The notes under the pieces are model-generated. The model searched no databases and had not been told where the DNA came from. It worked only from the letters and a program-made list of their open reading frames with translations. The translations under genes were made by a program, and so were the position numbers. DNA of 64,000 nt from Phycisphaeraceae bacterium (GTDB lineage Bacteria; Planctomycetota; Phycisphaerae; Phycisphaerales; Phycisphaeraceae): contig JBGTLW010000341.1 of assembly GCA_041743835.1 (NCBI GenBank), positions 707 to 64,706 of the forward strand. Direction: 5' to 3'. Shown here in pieces: positions 37,943 to 47,278 of the stretch. How positions within the stretch are numbered: the stretch's first letter is position 1; every line of letters begins with the position of its first letter.

Positions 37943-39388
37943 TTAACCCGCGTTGGGGAGCTGCGCGCTGTAGTTGTTTAAGGCGTTTCTAATCTGCTCA
38001 ACAGCGTTCTTCGTGGCCTCTCCGCTGTAGGACCGCTCGGCCTGGGTCGTGGCGTCACTGATGACAGTCTGGGCTTCGGTGACCAGGGCGTCCCGCTGCT
38101 GCACAAGTGTCGGCTGTGCCTGAGCGATGGCGGAGTCCGCGGGGACACCGGTACGCCGGAGGCCGTCGGTCAAGGTCTGCGTGAGCTTGGCCATGGACTG
38201 GGCGGCGATGGCGTGCTGCGTCACCACGCCAGCCAGATCAGCGCGGGCGGTGAGCAGGTCCAGGTTGAGGGAATCGCGGGCGTCGGCTGGGGCGTGCTTC
38301 AGCGCAGTTTCGATACGTTCGATGGCTTTGTTGATCTTCTCACGCGTCTGCTCTAACGGCTGCACCACCTGACTCTGATACTCGGCGGTCAGGGCTTCAA
38401 AACGGGTCAGCAGTTCCTCGAATCGCTTGTCACGCTCGGCCTGGTGCAGCCGTTGCATGGTCTGCGTGTCGGCAAGGCGTTTGGCGGCGGTGTCGCGGTG
38501 CTGGGTGACTTCGTTGAGTGACTTGGTGATGGAATCAAGCCGATCCTTCACGCCGCTGATGCTGACCTCAAGCCCGGCGATCGCGAGCGCGTGGCTGTCG
38601 GCTTGGATCGACGCGACGCTGGCTTCACGCTTGGCCGCCGACTCCTGATCCAGGAAATCGAAATGGGCTTCACCTTCCACCACAAACGCTTCTTGGGCAA
38701 ATGCCAGAGCCTCGGCGGTTTTCTTCATCGCGAGGCTGCGCTGGGCTTTCTCCTTGGCCTGCTCGGATTCCAGTTCTGCTGTCAACGTGCGGTGCTGATT
38801 GTCCAGCGTATCGCGTTGCTCGGTCAGGGATGCGATCTCGCGGTTGAGCGTGGTGAGGAGCTCGGCGTCGTTCTGGTTCAGCACGGAACCTGCGGCATCG
38901 GTGCGTTCGATGACCGCGAGCAGATCGAGCAGTTGAGAAGAGAAGGCGGCCACCAACTGGGTCGCGGCATCGGAAGCGGCGAGTTGCTGGTGACGTGCTG
39001 CGGACAGGTTGATGCCCGCGAGCAGCTTAAGGGCTGTGGCCTTCTGCCCGTCCGATGAGCCGGTGCTTGTCGCCACGGTCTGGAGGTCTTGGATAGCCTT
39101 ATTCAGTTCCTCTTGGCGGTACTCATAACGGACGACCTGGTTCTCAAGCGCGACATTCTGCCCACCCTGCGCGTACGCGGGGTTAGCCAGCTTGTACTCG
39201 GCGGACACAAAGCCAGCCTCGGCATGCGCGATCGTCGCGGCGGCGTTCTCCAGGACAGCCTGCATGCCCGTGACGTTGGCGGCACGCTCATCGCAGCCTG
39301 TGGACCCGAGCATCACGGCAAGCGCCAGCGCAGCCGGTGAGCCGCAGCGTGAGAAGGTGGTGAACAGGGTCGGGCGGGATGAATCCAT
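37943..39388 (-). CDS. Coiled-coil lipoprotein of unknown function
   Basis: ATG 39388. MDSSRPTLFTTFSRCGSPAALALAVMLGSTGC is a lipobox. The remaining 450 aa or so are all-helical and Q/A/E/L/T-rich. Confidence 0.6.
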   Translation of the reverse strand: MDSSRPTLFTTFSRCGSPAALALAVMLGSTGCDERAANVTGMQAVLENAAATIAHAEAGFVSAEYKLANPAYAQGGQNVALENQVVRYEYRQEELNKAIQDLQTVATSTGSSDGQKATALKLLAGINLSAARHQQLAASDAATQLVAAFSSQLLDLLAVIERTDAAGSVLNQNDAELLTTLNREIASLTEQRDTLDNQHRTLTAELESEQAKEKAQRSLAMKKTAEALAFAQEAFVVEGEAHFDFLDQESAAKREASVASIQADSHALAIAGLEVSISGVKDRLDSITKSLNEVTQHRDTAAKRLADTQTMQRLHQAERDKRFEELLTRFEALTAEYQSQVVQPLEQTREKINKAIERIETALKHAPADARDSLNLDLLTARADLAGVVTQHAIAAQSMAKLTQTLTDGLRRTGVPADSAIAQAQPTLVQQRDALVTEAQTVISDATTQAERSYSGEATKNAVEQIRNALNNYSAQLPNAG

Positions 39389-39463
39389 CGTGGGTGGTTC
39401 CGGCGGGGTCAGGTGTGGGTCAGACTTCGGTGGAGCGGCGGTCGGTGAGTGCATTGCGCGACG

Positions 39464-40648
39464 TTATGGCGCGGGATGAGTGGGCGGGGTGTAGGTGATG
39501 CCATACTCAGGATTGCGGTAAAGCGACCCGATCCACTCGGCCAACTGGAGGTACTTTTCGTCGTCAGGGCCTTTGAAGAATGGCCTCCAACCCGGCACAT
39601 CCGGCGCTTTGAATTTCGCATCCTGCCGGGGCAGGCCCCACTGCAGGAGCAGGGAGTCGGTGGGCCGGCTGCGGTCAATCATCCGGGCGTCGGCGTTCTG
39701 GTAGGACTGGAGGATGAAAAAATCGGTGTAGGAGGTCCGGACCCTGTCGCCCTTGCCCCCGAAGAGGTACAGGCCATCCACCTGGCCCCCACCGAAGTAT
39801 CGCGCGAAGTAGGTGGTGATGTAGGTGGGGTAGATCTCCTGCCGGAACTTGAGCATGGCTGGCGGGTCTTCGATGACGCGGATCTGGCTGTAGAGCTCGC
39901 GTGCCCGGAGGTCGAAGAACAGCGGGATCTGCTCGTAACCCTGTAGCCGATAGAAGTCATCTTGAGCCTTACGACCCTTGGGCGTGACTTCCTGGTCGGC
40001 ATAATTTTTAAACAGCTCTGCGATTGTTTCCCGCGGGATAATGACCCGGGGCTTGAGCTCGCGGAGGTCCACGGGCAGTTCCCAGAGGCGGAGGAGGTTG
40101 ATGTCCTCGTCGGTTAATTGCTGTTCACGCAGCGCGGCGGGGCCGGTGGGGGTCGCGGGCGTTGCGGGTTGGGCGTCCGGCGTGGTAGGGGTCTTGGGTG
40201 TGGTGGCCGGGCGCTCTCGCTCTTCCTGCAGGCGGATGGCATCCACGATCACCGCGTCAAGCCGTTCCACTTTCTCGGCATCGGGGAACTGCTGCCGCAG
40301 GGCCAGCGTCTCGGTCCGGGCGAGTTTGAGCGCCCCCAATTCGTACATGTCGTACGCGAGCTTCCACCGTCCATCCAGGTCGTCATCTGCAAGCTCAGCC
40401 CGGCGCTGGGCGTAGATATCATCATTGGACTTTTTGATGGTCAGCGTCTTGATGTCGCTGCGTCTGATCGGGGTCTGCACCTCGGAGATCAGAAGCGTGA
40501 CGACGCGGTCGTCTTCGGATATCAACTGCCCTTCGAACGTCTGCCCGCTATTTGTCTCGACCACCGCCACCCTTGCGCCCGCGGTCAAGCCGACCACAGA
40601 GAGCATCAGGATCACGGCCGCCATACTGCCATCGTGAATCCAACGCAT
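39464..40648 (-). CDS. Signal-anchored protein of unknown function (394 aa)
   Basis: ATG 40648 with GGAG 8 nt upstream. MRWIHDGSMAAVILMLSVVGLTAGA is the signal sequence. It is followed by a small beta module, a P/T-rich linker and a C-terminal domain (YFARYFGGGQVDGLYLFG..LLLQWGLPR). I recognise no family. Confidence 0.6.
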   Translation of the reverse strand: MRWIHDGSMAAVILMLSVVGLTAGARVAVVETNSGQTFEGQLISEDDRVVTLLISEVQTPIRRSDIKTLTIKKSNDDIYAQRRAELADDDLDGRWKLAYDMYELGALKLARTETLALRQQFPDAEKVERLDAVIVDAIRLQEERERPATTPKTPTTPDAQPATPATPTGPAALREQQLTDEDINLLRLWELPVDLRELKPRVIIPRETIAELFKNYADQEVTPKGRKAQDDFYRLQGYEQIPLFFDLRARELYSQIRVIEDPPAMLKFRQEIYPTYITTYFARYFGGGQVDGLYLFGGKGDRVRTSYTDFFILQSYQNADARMIDRSRPTDSLLLQWGLPRQDAKFKAPDVPGWRPFFKGPDDEKYLQLAEWIGSLYRNPEYGITYTPPTHPAP

Positions 40649-40832
40649 GTTCGGTCTCCGAGAGGCTGCGATACATCGGTTGTGGCTGGGCTGCCGACGG
40701 CAAACCCTTTCACAGTCCGGCCTTGCTGTCACCTTACCCAGTATATCCAAACCCAGCCCGGTCCGAAACCGGCAACCCCGTTTTCGGGGCATCCGGCAAC
40801 CGGGACGCGACGGAGCGGGGCGCACGCCGGGC

Positions 40833-41243
40833 TTACGCCTCCTCGTCTTCGTCCTCGCAGAGCAAATCCTGCACCATATTGATCAGCCGTTCGAGCCGCA
40901 CCGGCTTAAGCAGGTAGCCATCGACCTTGAGCTCCTCGGCAAACTGCTGGTGACGCTTGCCCTCGTTGGCGGTGACCATCACGACCTTGGGCGGGGATTC
41001 GAGCTGCTTGATGCGCTCAAGCACCAGGAAGCCGGACCGCTTGGGCAGCATCATGTCCAGCACGACCAGGTCGGGTGGCTCGGTCTCACAAACGCGCACG
41101 GCGGTATTGCCATCGCCACAAACCTGGGTCAGTGCCCCCTCGGACTGGAGCGCGTGGTCGATCGCGGAGCGGACCTCGGGGTCGTCATCGACGATGAGGA
41201 TCTTGAGGTTCTCCAGACGTAGTTCATCACCGGGTTCAACCAT
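40833..41243 (-). CDS. Single-domain response regulator (CheY-like receiver)
   Basis: ATG 41243. It has ILIVDDDPEV (acidic pair), LVVLDMMLP (phospho-Asp), VVMVTAN (Thr) and YLLKP (Lys). There is no output domain. The longer track ORF is a run-on. Confidence 0.85.
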   Translation of the reverse strand: MVEPGDELRLENLKILIVDDDPEVRSAIDHALQSEGALTQVCGDGNTAVRVCETEPPDLVVLDMMLPKRSGFLVLERIKQLESPPKVVMVTANEGKRHQQFAEELKVDGYLLKPVRLERLINMVQDLLCEDEDEEA

Positions 41244-41376
41244 CTTATGCTTGCCTTCCGTGGGCTTGGGTCGGGGGAGTAAACGGGGAGCCGGCGTTCG
41301 GCTCCGGGTGGGTCTCGTATTGTCAGGCCCCGGGGCCTCAGGGTCAAGGCGGCAGCCAAACGCCACGCCACGCCGG

Positions 41377-42387
41377 TCACGATTCGGGCGTCGCACAGCA
41401 CAAACGGTCCATGTCCTCCTGCGTCATCCAGGGCAGGGCTTCGAGGTTGCGCCTGAGGCCGGAGGGCACCGGCTTACCCTCGCGCTCGTGCCTTGGCCGA
41501 CTCTTCCATCGGCGGTGCATCCACAGGTACTGCTCAGGCCGGAGGCGGACCATCTGCTCGATGGCTCGGTTGAACCGGGCTGTGATGTAGAAAAGCGGGT
41601 CGCGTTGGTCAGCCCAGTCTTCGGGGTAAATGATGTCGGTCGTGCCGATCTGATAGTGGAATCCGGGTCCTGTGCGGTGCGCGTAGCCACAGACCACCGG
41701 GGCGTTGTGATTCATCGCCAGCAGCCCGATCGACTTATAGCTGCTGGCCAGACGGCCAAAGAAGGGTACGAAAAGGCCGCGGTCGCCCGCGTTTTGGTCG
41801 GCGATGAAGCCAAGTGCGCCCCCCCGCTGCATGACCGCCAGCATCCGGTCCGTGGCATCCCATTTGGTGATGATGCGCATCCCCCTGTGCTCACGGATAC
41901 CCAGCAGCCAGTCATTGATCAGCCGGTGGTCCAGGGGCCTGGCGATGGCGTCCACGTCAAAACCCATCGCGGCCATATAAAAGCCCAGCACCTCCCAGTT
42001 GCCCACGTGACCGGTGACCAGCACCGCTGGCCTGTCGGACCCGAGTATCTCGATTGCCCGGCCCATGCCGCTCACGTCGATGCGGTCCGCCCAGCGGTCG
42101 GGGCTGATGATGCGAGGCGTCTGGATCACCTCGACCACCAGACGAAGCAAGTGCTCGTTGGAGGCCTGCACTACCCGGCTCACGCGCTCGATTGACCATT
42201 CCGGGAACGCCAACGCGACGCTCTGCTCGGCACGCAGGCGGTGCCGTTTATCCAGGCGGTGGACCATTCGGCCTATCGCCGCGGCGGTCTGCAGGTTCTG
42301 ATCCACCGGGAACGCGCCGATCGCTGCGGCCACAAGCCGCGCGGCGACATAGCTGGACCACATCTTGACCGGGCCGAATTGTGCCAT
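41377..42387 (-). CDS. Lysophospholipid / lipid A (Kdo2-lipid IVA) acyltransferase, LpxL/HtrB family
   Basis: 336 aa with an N-terminal membrane anchor. VLVTGHVGNWEVLG contains the HX4D/E-type acyltransferase motif typical of the LpxL family. Confidence 0.75.
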   Translation of the reverse strand: MAQFGPVKMWSSYVAARLVAAAIGAFPVDQNLQTAAAIGRMVHRLDKRHRLRAEQSVALAFPEWSIERVSRVVQASNEHLLRLVVEVIQTPRIISPDRWADRIDVSGMGRAIEILGSDRPAVLVTGHVGNWEVLGFYMAAMGFDVDAIARPLDHRLINDWLLGIREHRGMRIITKWDATDRMLAVMQRGGALGFIADQNAGDRGLFVPFFGRLASSYKSIGLLAMNHNAPVVCGYAHRTGPGFHYQIGTTDIIYPEDWADQRDPLFYITARFNRAIEQMVRLRPEQYLWMHRRWKSRPRHEREGKPVPSGLRRNLEALPWMTQEDMDRLCCATPES

Positions 42388-42411
42388 GACATGGGGCTGC
42401 CGAGGATGACA

Positions 42412-42440
42412 GAAGCCCAGGGATTAGATCCCTGGGCTTC
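42412..42440 (-). other. Perfect 13-bp stem / 3-nt loop hairpin in the 82-nt spacer between two co-directional genes
   Basis: The sequence is GAAGCCCAGGGAT-TAG-ATCCCTGGGCTTC and all 13 pairs are Watson-Crick. No U-tract follows on either strand. Confidence 0.7.
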
Positions 42441-42469
42441 GTGGGGGCAAAGTGTGACGCCGGACGAAC

Positions 42470-43843
42470 TTACCGGCGGTAATAGCCCACCAGCGCGAGG
42501 AAGCGGTTCTGGTTGAGCACCGGGACCGACAACTCGCGGGCCGTCGTCGTCAGCCGGACGTAGGTCTCATAGTTCCGCATCGCCTCGGCGTGGGCGCGGA
42601 TGATGGTGGGGTCGATGACATCGGCGGGCAGGGGATCGGGGATGGCGGGTTCCCGGCCGAGCACGAGGAAATCCACATCCCAGTTCAGGTCATCGGTGAC
42701 TTGGCCACCCCACCGCGTGATCATGCTCTTGATGCGGTCCCGATCGCGGATGGAGGTGAGGCCGGAGTTGTCGATGTCGAAGTCCCCGTACACGTGGAAC
42801 TTAAAGGATGCGTTGGGGTCATAGATCAGGTTGGCGATCTGGTCGTTGGGGGTGATCGTCTGGCCACGCACCTGCCGGACAATGCGGGCGACCGCGGTCC
42901 GGGCATCCAGGTCGAGGATCTCGATCGTCGCCTTGCCGCGCAACTCATCGTAGTTGTTGAGTTTGATCAGCTCATCGGCGCCAAAGACCTCGAAGGTCAT
43001 CCCAAGCTGGAGGAAGTCCTCAGAGCCACGGTTGATGTAGACCTTGTTCTGCTCGGGGACCAGCGAGATGATCAGCCCGTCTGCGGGGATCAACTCCGGC
43101 GGCCCGAGGGTGTCGGACTTGCGCGTCTCTAGGATAGCCAACCGGCCACGCAGGTCGGCAATGATCGCGTCTTTCTCCTCGTTCTGAGCAACCAGCCCGT
43201 CGATGGTGCTCTGCATCTGGGCACGGAGGCCTTCCATCTCCGTGCGGAGGCTGTCCTTCATGGCGGGGAAGCCCGCGGTGGCTGTCGCCAAGGCAGTGTT
43301 GGTCTCGGTTGAGGTCGCGGTGATCCTTGCAAGGTTGGCGTTGAAGCCCGCCGCAAGCTTATCACGCTCGGCGTTGGCGTCTGATGCGCGCTTCTCTGCC
43401 GCGGCCTGAGCCGAGCGAGCAGTCTCGGTCTGCTGACGGGCGGCGGCCAATTCCTGGCGGAGCTGGTCCACGGCGGTCAGCAGCGGGCCATCGACCTGCT
43501 TCTGGGTGACCTTCTGATTGAGGACCGCATCGACATCAAGCCCGGCCTCGGGGGTAATCATCGCCTTGAGACGGGTCCGCTCATCCATCAGCTTGGATAC
43601 GACGGTCTCGCGGCTACGCGTGTCCATCTTGGAGATGATCTCCTGAACGTCCGTCGAGCTACGCTGGGTCGCGTTGGCGAACTGGTCAAGCTGCCGCTTG
43701 GCCTCGGCCGCTTCCTGCTGGTATTTGTCGTTCTGCGTGTACGTGACAATGAACAGGATCATGAAGATGAAGAAGCCTGTTCCGACAATCACCAGTGACC
43801 AAGCGAACGCCGCACCGCCGCCACCGCTTCGAGTTCGTGCCAT
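42470..43843 (-). CDS. Single-pass membrane coiled-coil protein with C-terminal BRCT-like domain
   Basis: ATG 43843. MARTRSGGGGAAFAWSLVIVGTGFFIFMILFIV is the TM anchor, followed by about 230 aa of coiled coil and a beta-rich middle domain. The C-terminus FKFHVYGDFD..RDRIKSMITRWGGQVTDDLNWDVDFLVLGRE..ARELSVPVLNQNRFLALVGY follows the BRCT pattern (compare the LigA C-terminus). The BRCT call is from pattern only. Confidence 0.55.
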   Translation of the reverse strand: MARTRSGGGGAAFAWSLVIVGTGFFIFMILFIVTYTQNDKYQQEAAEAKRQLDQFANATQRSSTDVQEIISKMDTRSRETVVSKLMDERTRLKAMITPEAGLDVDAVLNQKVTQKQVDGPLLTAVDQLRQELAAARQQTETARSAQAAAEKRASDANAERDKLAAGFNANLARITATSTETNTALATATAGFPAMKDSLRTEMEGLRAQMQSTIDGLVAQNEEKDAIIADLRGRLAILETRKSDTLGPPELIPADGLIISLVPEQNKVYINRGSEDFLQLGMTFEVFGADELIKLNNYDELRGKATIEILDLDARTAVARIVRQVRGQTITPNDQIANLIYDPNASFKFHVYGDFDIDNSGLTSIRDRDRIKSMITRWGGQVTDDLNWDVDFLVLGREPAIPDPLPADVIDPTIIRAHAEAMRNYETYVRLTTTARELSVPVLNQNRFLALVGYYRR

Positions 43844-43968
43844 ATTGACTCTCCGATAGGGAACCAAGGTAAGGAAAGCAAACGCTAAGTGTCGGCGATC
43901 AGAGGGTTTTCGTCAACCCCACCCCCGTAAAAATCTCCCCGACCAGCCCCCCGTAACGCCTGACCCGG

Positions 43969-45120
43969 CTACCGGTCCACCCACGGACACCGGTCGGACT
44001 TGCTGACTGACCATTTCACCCGCGCAAACCCAGCCTCAGCGGCCCCAGCCGCCACACGCTCGCGGTAGGCCGGGAGGTAGGGCCGCTCGCAATGGGTGTG
44101 CCCGGTCAGCACCACTGTCTTGCCCCGGGCGACCAGTTCCAGCACCTGGTGGTGACGCATTTCGCCGGTGAGATAAGCGTCGGCCTCCGCCCCCTCAAAG
44201 AGTGAACCACCCGCGCCGGGGCACACCGCTACCACACGGATCGGCCTGGCCTTGGCAGGAGCCCCCACCCGGACACGGGGCAAACCGAGCATCTTCTTGA
44301 CGCGTCCAACCAGTGTCGCCACGGGTACTGGCGTTGCCAGATGGGTCAGCCGACCCGCGCCAGCCGCTTCGTCCTGCGCGGGTCGATCCTCAGCCAGCTT
44401 GAACACGTCGATGGCCGGCTCCTCGTAGCTATGCGTGGCCCGGATCGCCCGCACCACCGAGCCGACATCCATCGCCCGGCACATCATCTCCAGCCGCAAC
44501 TCCCGCACCCGCTCAAACCGCCCTACCTTTCCCACACTCGGATTCGCACCTTCGCCGGGGGTGAACGTGCCGAAGCCCTCCGCGTTGAACGAGCAGCCGC
44601 TGTATCGCCCGAAATCCCCCGCGCCTTCCATCAGCATGGCCTCACGCACCGCGTCCGCCTCGTCGTGAGGCACGAACACGACGACTTTGTAGTGGTCATT
44701 GGTCACGATGCGATCCTCAATCGCGAACCTCGCCTCGCTGGGCCCAAGCCCGTCACACAGCCAATCCGTCATGCCACCCCGCACCGCGTCCAGGGCTGTA
44801 TGGGGTGAGTAGATCGCGATCTGCCGCTTCACCGCCTCGACCAGCACACGCTGCTTCAATGTGGCGTCCGTGAGCCGGGCCACAGGCTCAAAGATCGGTG
44901 GGTGATAGGCCACGACCAGGTTGGCCCCACGTTTGATCGCCTCGGCCATCACCGGCTCGGTGAGGTCGATACATAGCAGGCCATGAGACACACGCTGCGC
45001 ATGGCTGCCGACATGAAGCCCGACCTTGTCCCAAGCCTCAGCCAGGTGCTCCGGCGCAATAGCCCGCAACACCGCCAGCACATCGGATACGCTCGCCGTC
45101 CTGACCACTCGCTTCGCCAT
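43969..45120 (-). CDS. Nif3-like dinuclear metal centre protein (GTP cyclohydrolase 1 type 2 / YbgI family)
   Basis: ATG 45120. It reads MAKRVVRTASVSDVLAVLRAIAP..AEAWDKVGLHVG..LLCIDLTEPVMAEAI..GANLVVAYHPPIF..IAIYSPHTALD..YLTGEMRHH. Confidence 0.85.
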   Translation of the reverse strand: MAKRVVRTASVSDVLAVLRAIAPEHLAEAWDKVGLHVGSHAQRVSHGLLCIDLTEPVMAEAIKRGANLVVAYHPPIFEPVARLTDATLKQRVLVEAVKRQIAIYSPHTALDAVRGGMTDWLCDGLGPSEARFAIEDRIVTNDHYKVVVFVPHDEADAVREAMLMEGAGDFGRYSGCSFNAEGFGTFTPGEGANPSVGKVGRFERVRELRLEMMCRAMDVGSVVRAIRATHSYEEPAIDVFKLAEDRPAQDEAAGAGRLTHLATPVPVATLVGRVKKMLGLPRVRVGAPAKARPIRVVAVCPGAGGSLFEGAEADAYLTGEMRHHQVLELVARGKTVVLTGHTHCERPYLPAYRERVAAGAAEAGFARVKWSVSKSDRCPWVDR

Positions 45121-45218
45121 GCCACCAGCATACCGACCACGCCCGCCTGCGACAGCCTGCATCCTGCGAGCACGCCGCAACACGCAGCAAAACGAGCTTG
45201 CATCCGCCGCATCGCGGC

Positions 45219-47162
45219 TCATTGCTGCTTTGCTTCTCGGATGACGGCGAGGAAGGCTTGGCCGTAGCGTTCGAGCTTGGATTGGCCCACGCCGTTGATT
45301 TGCAGGAATTGCTGCTCGGTGGTGGGTCGGTCGTTGGCCATGCCGATGAGGGCCCTGTCGCCGAAGACGACGTAGGGCGGGACGTCCTGCTCCTGCGCCA
45401 GTTTCGCCCGGAGCTTGCGCAGCGCGTCGAACAACGGCTGGGCATCGGGGGCCAGATCGACCGGGGCACGCCGCGGCTTGCGGGCTGCGCTACCGGCCTT
45501 CTCAGCGATCGCGCGGCTGACGGCCAACTGAATGGCCAGCGTACCCTTAAGCAGCGGCTTGCTGTCTGCGGTGAGGCGGGCTGTGCGGTATTCGTCTTCG
45601 CTCAGCGCGAGATAGCCCTCCGCGATCAGGCTTTCCGCCAGTTGTCGCCAGTAACCCGCGGCCTTGTCGGCCCCGATGCCGTGGACGCTGAGTTGATCGT
45701 GACCCAGCTCAAGCACGCGTTGCGCTTTTGAGCCCCGCAGCACATTGATGACGTGCGTCAGGCCGAACCGCTGGCCGGTGCGTGCGACGGTGCTCAGAAG
45801 CTTGCGTGCATCCTGCGTCGCGTCGATCAGCCTCGGGGGCTTGATGCAGTTGTCGCAGTGGCCGCAGCGGCCGGGGTGTTCCTCGCCGAAGTACGCCAGC
45901 AGCGGCACCATGCGGCAGGCTGTCCCGTGCGCAAAATTGATCATCCGCTTGAGCTGCCACTGGGAGTGCTCGCGCTCGGCGGGGTCTTCCTTCTGGTTGA
46001 TGAAATACTCGATCTTGCCACGATCACCCGCGGCGTAGAAAAGAATGCAATCCGCGGGCAGGCCATCACGACCCGCGCGGCCCGTCTCCTGGTAGTAGCC
46101 CTCGAGGTGACGGGGCAGATCGGCGTGCATCACAAACCTCACGTCCGGCTTGTCCACACCCATGCCGAACGCAATCGTCGCCACACACACCCGCGCGTTG
46201 CCGAAGATGAAAGCGTGCTGGGCAGACTGTCGCTCCGCGTGCCCCATGCCCGCGTGGTACGACACCGCCGCCACATCGCGAGACCGCAGCTTGTCCGTCA
46301 GTTCATCCACACCCTTGCGCGAGTTGCAGTAGATGATGCCCTCGGCCGTGGGGCGCTCAGCCAGATAGGCCATGACCTGATCGAACATCTGGTGCTTGGG
46401 CCGCACTTCGTAGTAAAGGTTCTCGCGCTCGAACCCGCCACGGTGGATCGCGGGGTCGCGCAGGTGGAGCTGCGCCACGATGTCCTCCGCTACGCGCGGC
46501 GTGGCGGTCGCGGTCAACGCGATCAGCGGCGTGCTCGTGAAGCGATCCGCGAACGGCCCGGCGGGGTCACGCATCGGGCCCACCATGCGGTACTCGGGGC
46601 GGAAGTCGTGGCCCCACTCGCGGATGCAGTGCGCCTCGTCGATGGCGATCCGCGTGACCGGCAGACGCTGGAGCAAGGCCCGGCCGGCGCTACTCATCAG
46701 CCGCTCCGGGGAAAGGTAGAGCAGGTCGTACCGCCCCGCGATCGCATCCCGCTCGCGGCGGTCTGCTTCGCTGCGGTCCAGTGTCGAGTTGAGCAGCGTC
46801 GCGGAGATGCCGTTGGCTTCCAGCAGGTCCACCTGGTTGTGCATGAGCGCGATCAGCGGCGAAATGACAAGCGTGATCCCGGTCGGCATTGTGGCATGGG
46901 GTCGTGCCGGGCCAGCGTCCCGGTTCGCCACCGGACCTTGACGATCCGCCAGCGCGGGCAGTTGATAGCACAGGCTCTTGCCCCCGCCCGTGGGCAGCAC
47001 CACAAAAACATCCCGCCCAGCCAACGCGTCCTCGATGATCTCGCGCTGCATGGGCCGGAAGCCATCGTGCCCGAAGTACCGCTTGAGAAGCGGATGGAGC
47101 CTGTCGTCCGGCTGCGGGGCGTGGGCGGGGGGAGCTGTGATGGGTCGCGTGGCCTCGGCCAT
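45219..47162 (-). CDS. recQ: ATP-dependent DNA helicase RecQ
   Basis: It has FGHDGFRPMQREII..VFVVLPTGGGKSLCYQLPAL, IAIDEAHCIREWGHDFRPEY (DEAH), a Zn-binding CGHCDNC motif and a C-terminal HRDC domain (LFDALRKLRAKLAQEQDVPPYVVFGDRALIGMA). Confidence 0.95.
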   Translation of the reverse strand: MAEATRPITAPPAHAPQPDDRLHPLLKRYFGHDGFRPMQREIIEDALAGRDVFVVLPTGGGKSLCYQLPALADRQGPVANRDAGPARPHATMPTGITLVISPLIALMHNQVDLLEANGISATLLNSTLDRSEADRRERDAIAGRYDLLYLSPERLMSSAGRALLQRLPVTRIAIDEAHCIREWGHDFRPEYRMVGPMRDPAGPFADRFTSTPLIALTATATPRVAEDIVAQLHLRDPAIHRGGFERENLYYEVRPKHQMFDQVMAYLAERPTAEGIIYCNSRKGVDELTDKLRSRDVAAVSYHAGMGHAERQSAQHAFIFGNARVCVATIAFGMGVDKPDVRFVMHADLPRHLEGYYQETGRAGRDGLPADCILFYAAGDRGKIEYFINQKEDPAEREHSQWQLKRMINFAHGTACRMVPLLAYFGEEHPGRCGHCDNCIKPPRLIDATQDARKLLSTVARTGQRFGLTHVINVLRGSKAQRVLELGHDQLSVHGIGADKAAGYWRQLAESLIAEGYLALSEDEYRTARLTADSKPLLKGTLAIQLAVSRAIAEKAGSAARKPRRAPVDLAPDAQPLFDALRKLRAKLAQEQDVPPYVVFGDRALIGMANDRPTTEQQFLQINGVGQSKLERYGQAFLAVIREAKQQ

Positions 47163-47278
47163 AAGCGTCAGCTTAACACAGTGAGCCCCGCATTTCGGGG
47201 TATCTCGTTTGCCTCACCCCCCTGCCATGCTAGACTTGCCGACTCCCACCCGCCAAGCCCCACGAGCCAAACCCACGC

